From a virus, in the IMG/VR virus record IMGVR_UViG_3300028578_000005, positions 1 through 45,041 of that record: 45,041 nt of DNA; one strand, 5' to 3'. The position numbers and the translations under genes are program-made. The notes below the pieces were generated by a model. That model was not told where the DNA came from and made no database searches. It worked only from the letters and a program-made list of their open reading frames with translations. Shown here piece by piece: positions 16,437 to 25,724 of this stretch (positions within the stretch are counted from its first letter, which is position 1; the number at the start of each line of letters is the position of its first letter).

Positions 16437-16910
16437 GTGGCGGTCGACCTCTACGGCTGCACGCTCGACGACGTCGACGCCCTCCTCGTCTGGGACGTCA
16501 AGCGCGCGGACGAGCCGGGGCCACCTGACGTCGAGACGTGGATCGTCGCCGGTGCGGCGGAACTCGCCGGGCTGATTGGCGAGATCGAGCCTTCGCCGCC
16601 GGTGCCCGACCCGCCGGCAGAGCCCGACCCGGACCCTCCCTGCGGTGGCGACGGATGGCGTTCCCGGGCCAGGCTCGTCGTCGCGCTGTACGCGGCGGCG
16701 ATGGCCGAGGACGCGCACTTCCCGGAGCGGTCGAAGCGTGCGGGGTCGGACTACGGGCAGCGGCTGTGGGAGCGTCACAAGGAGCAGCGCGGCGCTCTCG
16801 TGTCGGCGCTGGAGGCGTGCCGTGACGGGCTGAACCCGGGGGCGGCGCACGGCGGAAGTGGGCACTCGTTCCCGTACCCGCCGCTGTTCACCCGCGACAT
16901 GGGCGTGTAG
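16437..16910 (+). CDS. Head-tail connector / adaptor candidate
   Basis: ORF track; assigned by position only. Confidence 0.5.
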   Translation: MAVDLYGCTLDDVDALLVWDVKRADEPGPPDVETWIVAGAAELAGLIGEIEPSPPVPDPPAEPDPDPPCGGDGWRSRARLVVALYAAAMAEDAHFPERSKRAGSDYGQRLWERHKEQRGALVSALEACRDGLNPGAAHGGSGHSFPYPPLFTRDMGV

Positions 16911-17372
16911 ATGCCGGCCCGCCTGCGGTTCTCGTTCTACGGCGACGCGCAGATCGACCGGACCCTCGACGGCTTCGAGCTCCGTGCGGACGACGCCTCG
17001 CCCGCGTGGGAGGTTCTCGCGGACCGGTTCCTCGACGCTGAGCGTCGCCAGTTCGCCTCCGAAGGCGGATACGGCTCCGGCGGGTGGGCACCGCTGTCCG
17101 CACCGTACGCGGCATGGAAGGCCACCGCTGCGCCGGGCGCGCCGATCCTCGTGTTCAGCGGTGCCCTCAGGGACAAGCTGACGGAGGGCCCTGAGATCCG
17201 GGTCATCACCCCGTCACGGATGGTTGTCGGGGCCTCAGATGAGGTCGGCGGCTACCACCAGAGCGGCACCGACAAGATGCCCCGCCGTCGCCCGGTCGAG
17301 TTCCCGGACGATGAGCGCACCACGTGGGGGCGGGTCGTCCACCGCTTCATCGTCACCGGTGAGGCCATCTGA
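16911..17372 (+). CDS. Virion morphogenesis (Mu gpG-like) head-tail joining protein
   Basis: ORF track. FASEGGYGSGGWAPLS...ILVFSGALRDKL...GGYHQSG resembles the phage virion morphogenesis family. Confidence 0.65.
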   Translation: MPARLRFSFYGDAQIDRTLDGFELRADDASPAWEVLADRFLDAERRQFASEGGYGSGGWAPLSAPYAAWKATAAPGAPILVFSGALRDKLTEGPEIRVITPSRMVVGASDEVGGYHQSGTDKMPRRRPVEFPDDERTTWGRVVHRFIVTGEAI

Positions 17373-17942
17373 GTGCGCGGCTCCACCACCGTCCGCCGCG
17401 AGATCATCGCCCACCTCCAGGAGGCCGCTCACCTGCCGTCGCGCATCGCCGCCCTCAGGGACGCCGGGGCGAACGTTCGCCAGATAGCGGAGGGCGAGTG
17501 GCACCCAGCCTGGAAGCCTGAGGAGAACTGCACCAACTGGCCGACCTTGTGCATCACCACGAGGACCTCGACCAACCAGGGCCGCGAGGACTTCGTCAAC
17601 GGCGACCCGGAGCACCGGTGGCTGCGCACGTTCCGGATCTTCATCTGGGAGCGCGGGGACGGCTACGAGGAGTGCGCTGACCGAACCGAGAACATCGCTG
17701 ACGCTATCGCCGAGGAGTTCCTGGCCCGACCTGGGATCGCCGACGGGGCCGACTCGATGTACGTCCTCGACGCTCCGATGTCGGTGGCGCGATCCACCTA
17801 CGTGGACCGCGATGGAGCCTCGATAGCCGGGGCCTACATCGAGTTCGTCGTCAGCATGACCGAGACCGCCACCATCCCGCCCCTGTGGGACGGCGGAGAG
17901 CTCGACCTGGACCTGATCGTCGGACCGAAGGACCCTGCATGA
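17373..17942 (+). CDS. Neck / tail-terminator candidate
   Basis: ORF track; assigned by position before the sheath operon. Confidence 0.5.
   Translation: MRGSTTVRREIIAHLQEAAHLPSRIAALRDAGANVRQIAEGEWHPAWKPEENCTNWPTLCITTRTSTNQGREDFVNGDPEHRWLRTFRIFIWERGDGYEECADRTENIADAIAEEFLARPGIADGADSMYVLDAPMSVARSTYVDRDGASIAGAYIEFVVSMTETATIPPLWDGGELDLDLIVGPKDPA
17824..17857 (+). promoter_or_regulatory. Late-promoter-like module 4 (internal to 17373..17942): TAGCCGGGGCCT-N16-CAGCAT
   Basis: Same 12-mer and spacing. The predicted start near 17864 gives a leader of about 75 nt before ATG 17939. Confidence 0.5.
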
Positions 17943-18169
17943 CGAAGCCGGCGTACAACACCAGCGGCGGACCTGTCGTGATCGACGACGACGGCCACAC
18001 GCTCGCCGCGGGGGACTGGGGCGACGTCGACCCCGACGCCCCGCGCGTGGTCGAGCTGGTCGCCGCGGGGCACCTGGTCATCAACGACGAGTCCCCGGCC
18101 GCTGCGCCGGCCACCGACACGGACGAGAAGCCGATCGGCGAGCCGAAGGGCTCCCGGAGGAGCAGCTGA
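17939..18169 (+). CDS. Hypothetical protein (76 aa)
   Basis: ATG 17939 (ATGA overlap) within ORF 17885..18169. Confidence 0.6.
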   Translation: MTKPAYNTSGGPVVIDDDGHTLAAGDWGDVDPDAPRVVELVAAGHLVINDESPAAAPATDTDEKPIGEPKGSRRSS

Positions 18170-19797
18170 TGGCACCCGCCGCCCCGGTCCCTCACGTGTG
18201 CCGCCCCCACCGAGCGAAGTCGCGCCTCGGCCGAGGCCTCGAGCGCATCACCGCACCGTTCCTGCTCGTCGTCGGCCTGCTTGGCGCCCTCTTCCACCTC
18301 CTCGCCACACGGCTGGCGATGGCCGGCCCGGGCGTGTTCGTCGAGACCGCACCCACCGCCACCCCCTCCGACAACCAGGCCGCCCCCGGGGCAGCGTTCT
18401 TCCTCGTCGGGCTCTGCGACCGAGGGACCACCACCGGTGTCGTCACGGTCCGCTCGTACACCGAGTTCCTGAACGTGTGCGGCCCCCACGTCCCCTACGG
18501 GTCCCTCCACGACCAGGTCCGGCTCTACTTCGCGATGGGCGGCAACCTCGCCCACATCGCCCGGGTCGTCGGCGGCGCAGCGACCGTCGGCACCCTCACC
18601 CTGCAAGACCGCAACGGCACCCCCGCGAACACCGTCCGCATCGACGCCGTCTCGGCCGGCGCATGGTCGGCCAACATCGCCATCGAGATCACCAACGGCG
18701 AGCTCGCCGACACCTACACGATCAAGGTGTACGTCGACGGCGCCACCGTCCCCAACGAGGTGTACCCCAACCTCGCCACCCCGGCCGCCGGTGTCACCGC
18801 GCTCCTGCAGTCGAGCTACGTGCGCGGCACCGACCTCGCCTCCGGGTCGACTGCGCCGGCCAACAACCCGGCGGTCCTCGTCAAGACCGCCCTGTCGGCC
18901 GGGTCCGACGACCGCGCCGCGGTGAACGCCGCCGCGCTGACCGCCGCGCTGGCCCGGTTCACGACCGAGTTCGGTGACGGCATCGTCGCCATCCCCGGCC
19001 ACGACTCCTCGACGGTCGGCGCCGGCCTGATCGCCCACGCCCGCACGTTCAACCGGCTCACAGCGCTGGCCACCACCCGCACCGCGTCGGTCGCGCACGC
19101 CAAGTCCGCCGCGACCGCGTTCGCCGCGTCGAACACCGGCGCCGAGCACGCCATCCTGCTGTACCCGTGGGTGAAGGTCGACGACGGGGCCGGCGGCCAG
19201 CGGTCCATCTCACCGGAGGCCTACCTGGCCGGCGCCCGGGCCCGGGCCCACATCCAGGTCGGCCCATGGAAGGCGGCCGCCGGCGAGATCTCCGTCGCCG
19301 CGCAGGTCCTCGACGTCGAGACCACCCTCACCGACACCGAAGGCGCCGACCTCAACGACGCCCGCGTCGCCGCCATCCGGAAGATCTCCGGGCGCGTCCA
19401 GCTCTACGGCTACCGCACCCTGTCCCTCGACCAGGTTCGCTACCTGTTCCTCACCACCCGCGACGTCCTCAACACCGTCGCCCACCGCGGGAAGCGGTCC
19501 CTGCAGCGCCTCGTGTTCGGGGTCATCGACTCCCGCGGCCAGTACCAGGCCGAGGTCGAAGGCGAGATCATCGCCATCCTCGACCCGATGCTCAACGCCG
19601 GAGGGCTCTACGAGCTCACCAACGACGACGGCGAGGTCATCGACGCCGCCTACGCCGTCGACGCCGGGCCCGGGGTCAACCCGCCCGACCAGATCGCCCA
19701 GGGCATCTTCGCCTGCAACGCCGCGCTCCGCGTCGCCGGTGTCGCCGAGCGGATCCTGCTCCGCATCACCAGCGTCGGCTTCGACGAGACGCTCTAG
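18169..19797 (+). CDS. Tail sheath protein (possible alternative start ATG 18319)
   Basis: ORF track. GGAGGAG precedes ATG 18169. The sheath-type N-terminal motif GPGVFVET begins only at residue 52. Conserved-looking C-terminal domain. A tube gene follows. Confidence 0.8.
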   Translation: MAPAAPVPHVCRPHRAKSRLGRGLERITAPFLLVVGLLGALFHLLATRLAMAGPGVFVETAPTATPSDNQAAPGAAFFLVGLCDRGTTTGVVTVRSYTEFLNVCGPHVPYGSLHDQVRLYFAMGGNLAHIARVVGGAATVGTLTLQDRNGTPANTVRIDAVSAGAWSANIAIEITNGELADTYTIKVYVDGATVPNEVYPNLATPAAGVTALLQSSYVRGTDLASGSTAPANNPAVLVKTALSAGSDDRAAVNAAALTAALARFTTEFGDGIVAIPGHDSSTVGAGLIAHARTFNRLTALATTRTASVAHAKSAATAFAASNTGAEHAILLYPWVKVDDGAGGQRSISPEAYLAGARARAHIQVGPWKAAAGEISVAAQVLDVETTLTDTEGADLNDARVAAIRKISGRVQLYGYRTLSLDQVRYLFLTTRDVLNTVAHRGKRSLQRLVFGVIDSRGQYQAEVEGEIIAILDPMLNAGGLYELTNDDGEVIDAAYAVDAGPGVNPPDQIAQGIFACNAALRVAGVAERILLRITSVGFDETL

Positions 19798-19810
19798 GAG
19801 GACCTGAACG

Positions 19811-20230
19811 ATGGCAGGGGATCTCGTCACCGAAGGCCAGTGGCTCGTCACCGTCGCCGGCATCGCCGGGACGTTCTCCACCAAGACCGGTGGGGCCGTC
19901 TCGGTCGAGCACACCAAGGACTACGACGGCGGCGCGCTCAACCCCGACGCCGCGCAGGGCAAGCCTCAGTTCGAGGACCTGACGGTCGGCCGCGGGTTCA
20001 AGAACCCCCGCGACGTGCAGCTCCGCCAGTCCCTCAACGCCGTCCTCGCCGCGGGCCGCCGGTTCCAGACCACGATCACCTGCGTCCCGCTCAACGAGCA
20101 GCAGGTCGCCGCAGGACCCGCCGAGATCTACACGGGCCTCCTCCAGCGGGTCACCCCCGCCGAGTCGAACGCGGCGTCCGCCCAGCCGTCCCGGATCGCC
20201 CTCGTCTTCACGGTGCTCTCGGCCCGATGA
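19811..20230 (+). CDS. Tail tube protein
   Basis: ORF track. AGGAGG upstream. 139 aa, directly after the sheath. Confidence 0.75.
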   Translation: MAGDLVTEGQWLVTVAGIAGTFSTKTGGAVSVEHTKDYDGGALNPDAAQGKPQFEDLTVGRGFKNPRDVQLRQSLNAVLAAGRRFQTTITCVPLNEQQVAAGPAEIYTGLLQRVTPAESNAASAQPSRIALVFTVLSAR

Positions 20231-20763
20231 CCGCCCCGTTCGTCCACCCCGGCGTCGGCGGCGCCCCTGCACCCGAGTCGCCCGAGGCGGTCGCCGCCCA
20301 GATGGCCGCCCCCGGTGTGCAGCACGCATGGGAGGCCGAGCTCGCCGCCGAGCTCCACCGCGACACCACCCGGCCCAACGTGTTCCTCCCCGTCCCGGAC
20401 CGGCCGGGCTGGGAGATCGAGTACTCCGTCATGTTCGACAAGGACCAGGTCAAGGCCCTCTTCGCTGGCGTCTCCGCCGAGGACGACCGGTTCGACGTGA
20501 TGCTCCTCACCTTGGCGTCGCAGTGCCGCGGGTTCCGCCGCAACGGCGAGCCGGTCACCATCCGGGCCGAGCGCATCACGTTCACGAGCACGTGGCTGGC
20601 CGAGCAGTACCACCCCACGGGCATGCCCTCCGAGCTGTACGACGTCCGCGTCACCGTCCGCGGGTTCATCGGCAACGACCTGGTCGTCGCGTCGATGTTC
20701 GACGACCTCTCGACGGTCGCTGGGAAGGGCCGCCTGGACCCTACGGCCGCGCCCTCCGCCTAG
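20227..20763 (+). CDS. Tail assembly chaperone (G-type product)
   Basis: ATG 20227 (ATGA overlap) within ORF 19840..20763. Lies between the tube and the tape measure. Confidence 0.7.
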   Translation: MTAPFVHPGVGGAPAPESPEAVAAQMAAPGVQHAWEAELAAELHRDTTRPNVFLPVPDRPGWEIEYSVMFDKDQVKALFAGVSAEDDRFDVMLLTLASQCRGFRRNGEPVTIRAERITFTSTWLAEQYHPTGMPSELYDVRVTVRGFIGNDLVVASMFDDLSTVAGKGRLDPTAAPSA

Positions 20764-20936
20764 CGGAGATCCTCGAGGGCCGGCCGGAGACCGAGGTGAT
20801 CGCCGGGGTGGCCGGCGCCTTCAAGATGGACCCCGCTGAGGTGCTCAAGGGCAGCGACAAGGACATCGCTGTGCGCCTCGCTGCCGAGCGTGTCTGGGCC
20901 CGCATGCTCACCGAGGCGGTGAAGGCCCGTGCCTGA
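20227..20936 (+). CDS. Tail assembly chaperone, -1 frameshift-extended (GT-type) product
   Basis: The -1 frame is open and codon-like from about 20740 to TGA 20934-20936 (LAEILEGRPETEVIAGVAGAFKMDPAEVLKG...) and has no start codon of its own. GGGAAG at 20722-20727 is a possible slip site. Confidence 0.5.
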
Positions 20937-23019
20937 CGAGGACAACGAACTCGTCATCCGTGCGGAGCTCCGCAACGACGTCACCCCCGGGGCCCGGTCG
21001 GTCCGCCGTGACATCCGCGGGATCTCCGACGAGGCCGAACGACTCGAACGCTCAGGCCTCCGCGGCGCACGCGGGCTCGACCACCTCGACCGGACCGGTG
21101 CGCGGACCCGTCGCGGGATGGGTGACCTGCACCGCAGCCTCCTGTCCGTCTCGGGCGCCGCCGGCGACCAGCTGTGGCGCGCGAGCACCCGCGGTGCGCA
21201 GGCCCTCGGCATCCTGACGACCGCGACCGCCGGGTTCGGGCTCAAGGCCGCATCGAACCTGCAGCAGGGCCAGATCCAGCTCGAGACGCTCCTCGGCTCC
21301 GCGCAGGAGGCCACGCGGGTCTTCACGTTCCTCAAGCAGCTCGACCCCAAGGTCCCGTTCGATGTGGGCCAGCTGCAGCAGATGACCGTCCAGCTCGCGA
21401 ACGCCAACATCACCGGGAACGAGCTCTTCCGGACCCTCCAGGGCGTGTCGGACGTCGCGGCCACCACGGCGGACCCGAACCTCGCCGCCACCCGCGTGGC
21501 CCGGGCCGTCGCACAGATGAAGTCCGCCGGGGTGATCCTCGCCGAGGAGATCAACCAGCTCGTCGACGCCGGCGTCGCTGTCGGTCCCGCGCTCGAGAAG
21601 GCCTACGGCATCACCCTCGCCCAGTTCCGCAAGCAGCAGTCCCAGGGCGGCGCCCAGCTCGCTCCGGAGCCGCTCTTCGCCGCGCTGTTCGGCATGCGCA
21701 TCGGCTCGGCCGAGCGTGTCGCCACCGAGACCCTGGCAGGCCTGTGGTCCGGTGTCCGCTCGAGGGTCACCCTCAAGCTCGCCGACGAGTCCTCGCCGCT
21801 CGTGCAGATGCTCATGTCCGAGCTCCCCCAGATCGAGGGCGCGGTCGGGCTTCTCCTCGACCAGGCCGGCCCCGAGCTGTTCGGGTTCGTCGGCGACATC
21901 ATCGGCCTGCTCACCGACGCGCTCCCCGCGGCGGCGCCGGTCCTCACGGCGATCTTCGGTGGGCTCGGCTCGCTCCTCTCCGCCGCGGGCCCGGGCCTGC
22001 GCGCGCTCGAGCCGCTCGCTGGTGAGGTCGGTGACGGCATCGCGGACGTGTTCCGCGAGCTCGCCCCCCTGATGCCCGACCTGGTCGCCACGTTCGGGGC
22101 GTGGCTCGGGATCCTCCCCGAGTTCCTCGAGGTCGGCGGGGACGTCGCCCGGGTCCTGCTCTTCATCGTGGGCGGGGTCACCGACCTCATGGGGATCATG
22201 CCCGGCGGCGAACGCGTCGCCGCAACGCTCCTGTGGACCCTCCTGGGCTACCGGGCTCTCGCCAGCATGGCCACCGGGCTCCGGTCGTTCGGGATCGCTC
22301 TCGGGTTCATCGGCAACCAGGCACAGACCGCTGGCGTCAAGGCCCAGGTGGCCTACGGCCGGTTCCTGCGCCTCGGTGCGGGCATCGCCGGCGCGGTCGG
22401 TGTCGCGTCCGGCCTCGGTGGCGCGGCCCAGGGCACGAACAGCGGCCTGGACACCCTCGGGTTCATCGGCTCCGGTGCGCTCGTCGGCGGCTCCATCGCC
22501 GGGCCCTGGGGCGCTGTCGCCGGCGCCGGCGTCGCCGCCGGGGTCACCGGTCTCGGCATGCTCTTCGGCGACCCCGTCGTCCCCGGTCACACCATGGCCG
22601 GACACCTCGCCGCCGGCGGCGGGGCACCCGGGCTGCAGATCACGTCGGGCATGCGCGACTGGGGGCTGCGCTCCGGTGCGTCCGGGCACCTCAACGGCTC
22701 CGCGGTCGACGTCGTCGGCCCGGGCCTGACCGGCTACGTGCAGCGCGTCCGTGACCGGGGCGGCTGGGCAACGATCGAGGGCGCGGGCACCGGCGGCATG
22801 CACGCCCACGCCCTGCCCGCCGGCGACCCCGCCGTGCCGTCGTGGGCAACCAACCGTGGTGCCACGCGGAGCGGCACCGGTCGCGCTGCGGTGTTCAACA
22901 ACTACGGGACGATCGTCGGCGTCACGGACTTCAAGCGGCACATGCGCGACGTGATCCGCGAGACCGAGCTCGAGGACGTCGCCCGGTCTCGCGACCCGAT
23001 CCGCGGGCGGAGGACCTGA
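20929..23019 (+). CDS. Tape measure protein
   Basis: ORF track. 696 aa with Gly/Ala-rich hydrophobic central segments. Lies after the chaperone pair. Confidence 0.8.
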   Translation: MPDEDNELVIRAELRNDVTPGARSVRRDIRGISDEAERLERSGLRGARGLDHLDRTGARTRRGMGDLHRSLLSVSGAAGDQLWRASTRGAQALGILTTATAGFGLKAASNLQQGQIQLETLLGSAQEATRVFTFLKQLDPKVPFDVGQLQQMTVQLANANITGNELFRTLQGVSDVAATTADPNLAATRVARAVAQMKSAGVILAEEINQLVDAGVAVGPALEKAYGITLAQFRKQQSQGGAQLAPEPLFAALFGMRIGSAERVATETLAGLWSGVRSRVTLKLADESSPLVQMLMSELPQIEGAVGLLLDQAGPELFGFVGDIIGLLTDALPAAAPVLTAIFGGLGSLLSAAGPGLRALEPLAGEVGDGIADVFRELAPLMPDLVATFGAWLGILPEFLEVGGDVARVLLFIVGGVTDLMGIMPGGERVAATLLWTLLGYRALASMATGLRSFGIALGFIGNQAQTAGVKAQVAYGRFLRLGAGIAGAVGVASGLGGAAQGTNSGLDTLGFIGSGALVGGSIAGPWGAVAGAGVAAGVTGLGMLFGDPVVPGHTMAGHLAAGGGAPGLQITSGMRDWGLRSGASGHLNGSAVDVVGPGLTGYVQRVRDRGGWATIEGAGTGGMHAHALPAGDPAVPSWATNRGATRSGTGRAAVFNNYGTIVGVTDFKRHMRDVIRETELEDVARSRDPIRGRRT

Positions 23020-23501
23020 TGCCCTCGCTCTCGTTCCTCTTCCCCGGCTCGTCGTCCTCGCCGCCGGCGCACCGCAAGGCCACGATCACCGACGACATCG
23101 GCGCGCTGACCTACACCGTCCCGGTCCTCGCGGATTCGGGGATCGACGAAGCCGCGTCGCGGTGGAACCTGACCGACCGCCCGGGCCTGCACCCGCTCAC
23201 GCAGTGGGCCGGGCCCGGGGCGGTCGTCGCGTCGCTCACGATCCGGATCGGCAACGACCTGGTCACCTCGATCGAGCGGGACATCGCGATCCTGCGCGGG
23301 ATGGCCCGGTCGACTCGGCCGGTGGTCGTGGCGCTCGGCCAGTTCTCCCGCTGGTCTTCCACCGGGTTCTGGGTGATCACCACGGTGAAGGTCGACGACC
23401 AGCTCCTCATCCAGGGCAGCAACGACGCGTGCCAGGCCGTCGTCACCCTCGGGCTGACGTCGGCGATGACGCCGAAGCTCGTCCAGACGACGGGGAAGTA
23501 G
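23019..23501 (+). CDS. Tail / baseplate-associated hypothetical protein
   Basis: ATG 23019 (TGATG overlap) within ORF 22842..23501; assigned by position. Confidence 0.55.
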   Translation: MPSLSFLFPGSSSSPPAHRKATITDDIGALTYTVPVLADSGIDEAASRWNLTDRPGLHPLTQWAGPGAVVASLTIRIGNDLVTSIERDIAILRGMARSTRPVVVALGQFSRWSSTGFWVITTVKVDDQLLIQGSNDACQAVVTLGLTSAMTPKLVQTTGK

Positions 23502-23505
23502 CCGG

Positions 23506-25446
23506 GTGCCGGTCATCACGGTCGACGCGTGCGCCGAGTACGCCTTCGCCGCCGGGTTCCGCGGTGAGGGGCTCATCACGGCGGTCGCAGTGGCGGGGGC
23601 CGAGTCGCAGCCGCCGTACAACACCACGTCGCACAACCCCGACGCCTCGACGGGCGACGACTCCTACGGACTGTGGCAGATCAACATGCTCGGCAGCCTC
23701 GGTCCGGCGCGCCGCAAGCAGTTCGGCCTCTCTCGGAACGACCAGCTCTTCGACCCGGCGACCAACGCCCGGGCCGCCTACTCCATCTCCTCGGGCGGCT
23801 CGAACTGGTCACCGTGGACCACCTACAAGAACGGCAAGCACCGCCCCTTCCTCGACCGGGCCCGCGCCGCAGCGGACGCCGTGTCACGCCGCGGTGGCGC
23901 AGCCATCGCCGCCGGGGCCCAGCCAGTCTCCGCCTCCCAGCCCGCCGTGATCGCCGGCGAAGTCCTCCCGCACGGCGGATCGATCTCCGACGTCTCCGGC
24001 GTTTCATCCCTGTTCCCCGGGGTGCAGCTCACCGGGGTCTCGACAGCGGACGCCGACAAGATCCGGCGCATGGGCATCAGCGGTCAGGTGTCCCTCTCGA
24101 TCGCCGAGACCGCCCAGATCGAGCTCACCTACGCCGACCCCCGCGGGTCGATCGAGACCTGGCAGCGGTTCGTGTCGCTCACCACCGCCCGGCTCGGTGA
24201 CCTCGACATGCAGGTCAACTCCGTCGGGTTCGGCGCCCAGTCCGGTCTCGAGGTCCTGGCCGTCACGCTCCGGCCCCGCACGGTCGAGAAGATGCGCCAG
24301 CCCGACCTCAACAAGTCGCGCACCTGGGCGGACCTGTCACCCACCGAGGTGCTGAACGAGCGCGCGCGTGCGGCGTCGATGCGGTTCTACGGCAAGGGCA
24401 CCGCACGGCGCTCCCAGATCGTGCAGCTCGGCCGAGACGACGCCACCGGCCAGCAGGCAGAGACCGACTGGGACCTCGGGCAGCGCCTCGCCCGAGAAGA
24501 GGGCTTCTGGTTCTTCGAGTCCGCCGGCGCCCTCTACTTCGCGCCGCCCACCTGGCTCCTCGGGAAGGGCACCGTCGTCCAGGCCCGCTACCGCTCGCCC
24601 CAGCACCAGTGGAACGTCCTCGACGTCCCCGACGCCAAGCTCACCGTCGACGAGGTCATCAACACCCGCGCCTTCTCCCGCGTCATCCGGCTCAAGCTGC
24701 CCCGCTGGCGCGGCGAGCAGGTCCGCCCAGGGATGACCTGCCAGTTCGACGGGCTCCCGATGTTCTCCACGAAGCTGTTCGAGAAGGGCCCCGCGCTCTA
24801 CATCGTCACCGACGTGTCCTGGCCCCTCGACGGCGGCATCGCACCCGTCGACGTCGAGATCATGGAGGCGATCGACCCGGTCCCGCAGCCACCCCCGCCG
24901 GACGTGACGGTCACCGACGCCACCGGCCCCGCCGGCGCCGCACCCTCCGCCTCCGCGCCCGCGGGCGGGAACGTGTCCAACCAGGGCAAGGGCTCCTACG
25001 GCTGGCAGTACGACGCCCCCGGCGGCACCGCCAGCGGCCCCCAACCCGGAGCGATCGTGCTCCGCGACCACCTCAAGTCCCGGTACAACTTCATCGGGAC
25101 GACCGGGATCTACGCCGACCGCAACGTCAACGGCACCTCATCGAAGTCGGCGCACGCCGAAGGCCGCGCCGTCGACCTCCACGTCCCCCTCTCGTCGGTG
25201 CAGGGCTCCCAGCTCGCCGCCTACTGCGTCTCCTACGCCTCGAGGCTCGGGGTGCAGTACATCATCTGGAACAAGCGCTCCTGGAAGGCCACCGACAACC
25301 CGCGGGACTGGAAGACCTACCGGCCCCCCAACGGGAAGACCGACGCCACCAGCGAGCACCGCGACCACGTGCACGTCGAGCTGTGCTGGGAAGCGGCCCG
25401 CTACCTCAACCACGACGCCATCAAGGGCATCGGAGTCGGCCCCTGA
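23506..25446 (+). CDS. Baseplate hub (late control D / Mu P-like) with N-terminal lytic transglycosylase and C-terminal LAS-type zinc peptidase domains
   Basis: ORF track. N-terminus AESQ...DDSYGLWQIN is an SLT-like signature. The centre resembles the gpD family. C-terminus has SAHAEGRAVD ... HRDHVHVE (H-x6-D and H-x-H). Confidence 0.7.
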   Translation: MPVITVDACAEYAFAAGFRGEGLITAVAVAGAESQPPYNTTSHNPDASTGDDSYGLWQINMLGSLGPARRKQFGLSRNDQLFDPATNARAAYSISSGGSNWSPWTTYKNGKHRPFLDRARAAADAVSRRGGAAIAAGAQPVSASQPAVIAGEVLPHGGSISDVSGVSSLFPGVQLTGVSTADADKIRRMGISGQVSLSIAETAQIELTYADPRGSIETWQRFVSLTTARLGDLDMQVNSVGFGAQSGLEVLAVTLRPRTVEKMRQPDLNKSRTWADLSPTEVLNERARAASMRFYGKGTARRSQIVQLGRDDATGQQAETDWDLGQRLAREEGFWFFESAGALYFAPPTWLLGKGTVVQARYRSPQHQWNVLDVPDAKLTVDEVINTRAFSRVIRLKLPRWRGEQVRPGMTCQFDGLPMFSTKLFEKGPALYIVTDVSWPLDGGIAPVDVEIMEAIDPVPQPPPPDVTVTDATGPAGAAPSASAPAGGNVSNQGKGSYGWQYDAPGGTASGPQPGAIVLRDHLKSRYNFIGTTGIYADRNVNGTSSKSAHAEGRAVDLHVPLSSVQGSQLAAYCVSYASRLGVQYIIWNKRSWKATDNPRDWKTYRPPNGKTDATSEHRDHVHVELCWEAARYLNHDAIKGIGVGP

Positions 25447-25724
25447 TGCCCCCCGTCGTCCCCGCCGGCGTCTACCGAGCCACCATCCGGGCCATCGACG
25501 GCCCAGTCGCCAAGGTGCAGGTCCACAACCTCCTCGGCGCCAACATCCTCCCAGCGCGCCTCACCGTCTCCGCGGGGATCGTCGACGCCGCCGTGGGCGC
25601 GGTGGAGGCGCCGGCGGACGAGGGCACGGTCGCTCTGCGGCCACTGCAGGTCGACGACGAGGTGATCGTGGGGTTCCTCGAGGGCCGGATCGAGAACCTC
25701 GTGATCCTCGGCCGCCTGGCCTGA
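25446..25724 (+). CDS. Baseplate spike / gpV-like small OB-fold protein candidate
   Basis: ATG 25446 (TGATG overlap) within ORF 24609..25724. 92 aa, lying between the hub and the W-like gene. Confidence 0.5.
   Translation: MPPVVPAGVYRATIRAIDGPVAKVQVHNLLGANILPARLTVSAGIVDAAVGAVEAPADEGTVALRPLQVDDEVIVGFLEGRIENLVILGRLA

Noticed and set aside
16512-16546. GAGCCGGGGCCA followed by GATCGT at +29 inside 16437..16910
   Set aside because: It matches the box at 10 of 12 positions with a one-nt spacing offset. It could be a weak or decayed copy, but this is within what chance may give in GC-rich DNA.
21052-22941. 629-aa antisense ORF over the tape measure gene, plus 31804..34731 (+) and 31994..33757 (-) over the SGNH fibre gene
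   Set aside because: These are high-GC shadow ORFs with Arg/Gly/Pro-rich translations. The sense frames have protein-like composition and motifs.
23499-23510. Degenerate sixth copy of the late box (TAGCCGGGTGCC) at the 23019..23501 stop codon
   Set aside because: It has two mismatches, and no CAnnnT lies at +28 (gcgtgc there). The next start is only 7 nt away. It was not counted as a promoter module.
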